From: a virus | Lineage: Duplodnaviria; Caudoviricetes | DNA: 64,000 nucleotides | IMG/VR virus record: IMGVR_UViG_3300025735_000294 | Span: 25,860-89,859 of that record | Strand: one strand, 5' to 3' | Part shown: piece after piece, positions 63,201 through 64,000 of the stretch | Layout: each line of letters starts with the position of its first letter | How positions within the stretch are numbered: the stretch's first letter is position 1 | Translations under genes and position numbers: made by a program | The notes under the pieces: generated by a model | What the model was told of the DNA's origin: nothing | Databases searched by the model: none | Seen by the model: only the letters and a program-made list of their open reading frames with translations

Positions 63201-64000
63201 TGGCGCAGCAGGAACTACAGCAGCTATTTTTACAGTCCGTCACCCTTAATGATCAGCTGATCCCACGTGAATGGATTATCGCATGTGTTTACATCGAGAA
63301 AGCTTCGCTTGCGGGTCCACTTTTGAAGCTTGAGATTCGTGATATGACCGGTACGGTTATTGATGACTGGAAAGCAAAATATGGCGCCAGGTTAGTGGCC
63401 GAGATGGGCGATCCCGAGGGGGAAAAAGAGTCCTTCAGCACGGTGTTTTTTGTCACCTCTGCAACGCTTGGATCTGATGTTGTGACCTTGATTGCGGTCA
63501 GTGAAGAAGTTCGTCAGATGAAAATCCCCTCTTCAATCACACGTATGCACACCAACAAAACGCCATCCGAAGTGTTTGCCGTGTATGCAAAAGGGCTGAC
63601 GTTAGATCTGGACAACCAGAAGCGTGCGATCACCTACTATCTTACCGCCGGTGATAAGCCGTCAAAAATGCTTTCCCAGATAGCTCAGGACAAAGCCAGC
63701 CTTGTGTTTGTGTGCCGGGGCTCGTTTTACTTCCGCTCGCTTGACGAGCTGATGAAGCAGAAAACAGCGTTCGTGTATGAGGCAAATAACCCAAAAGCTG
63801 ATTATGCGATCTCTAAAATGAGTCCCATCCACCAGGATTATGCTTCGACCTCAGGCACGAAGTACCGTTTCGTCGGGTATTCGATGACAGACGGCTATAT
63901 CGAGGTCGGTGATCCAAGCCTACCAGTACGTCATGTATCAGATGCTGATATGGAAACGCTACGAAATATGCTGCGTGCTCTGATACCGAAACTCGATATC
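63200..64000 (+). CDS. Tail/baseplate hub protein, P1 gp6-like (partial, runs off the 3' edge)
   Basis: ATG overlaps the upstream TGA; open frame MAQQELQQLFLQSV...YIEKASLAGPLLKLEIRD to the window end. Confidence 0.7.
   Translation, partial: MAQQELQQLFLQSVTLNDQLIPREWIIACVYIEKASLAGPLLKLEIRDMTGTVIDDWKAKYGARLVAEMGDPEGEKESFSTVFFVTSATLGSDVVTLIAVSEEVRQMKIPSSITRMHTNKTPSEVFAVYAKGLTLDLDNQKRAITYYLTAGDKPSKMLSQIAQDKASLVFVCRGSFYFRSLDELMKQKTAFVYEANNPKADYAISKMSPIHQDYASTSGTKYRFVGYSMTDGYIEVGDPSLPVRHVSDADMETLRNMLRALIPKLDI

Noticed and set aside
1-64000. IS elements, integrons, resistance genes, parAB, phd/doc, ban, ssb
   Set aside because: No recognisable motifs in this window; the core P1 genes among these may lie outside it

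Overview
This window is about two-thirds of a P1/D6-like phage-plasmid from an enterobacterium. It is closer to D6 because its recombinase is Dre-like with a rox-like site. From left to right it holds: the end of a baseplate/LRR gene; tail-fibre genes R-S-U with no Cin inversion system; lydAB and the hdf-darA-ddrA-ddrB antirestriction head module; portal and prohead protease; an extra repL paralogue; a lambda-R-type endolysin; darB-ulx; pmg genes; a ~1.9 kb non-coding RNA cluster ending in tRNA-Ile2; lpa-pacA-pacB; the c1 repressor; the rox-like site and recombinase; an accessory DUF2778-Hcp cassette; SRAP and umuC; a long leftward early operon (hot, HNH, PAPS-reductase-like, Dam-family MTase); ref; the c4/icd-repL lytic replicon; a zeta-like kinase pair; three exported proteins; the repA iteron replicon; and tail/baseplate genes 26-25-7-24-6. 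The strongest unexplained signals are: (1) an array of tRNA-shaped RNA modules with covarying stems and variable inserts, which also contains a copy of the 3' seed half of the host sRNA RprA; (2) an orphan T6SS Hcp plus Tlde1-like effector cassette on the phage; (3) a new rox/lox-like 34-bp site; (4) a sensor-less CapW/BrxR-like DNA-binding domain; (5) two RepL genes. Family calls come from motifs, synteny and reference sequences recalled from memory. No database search was run, so novelty is unverified.
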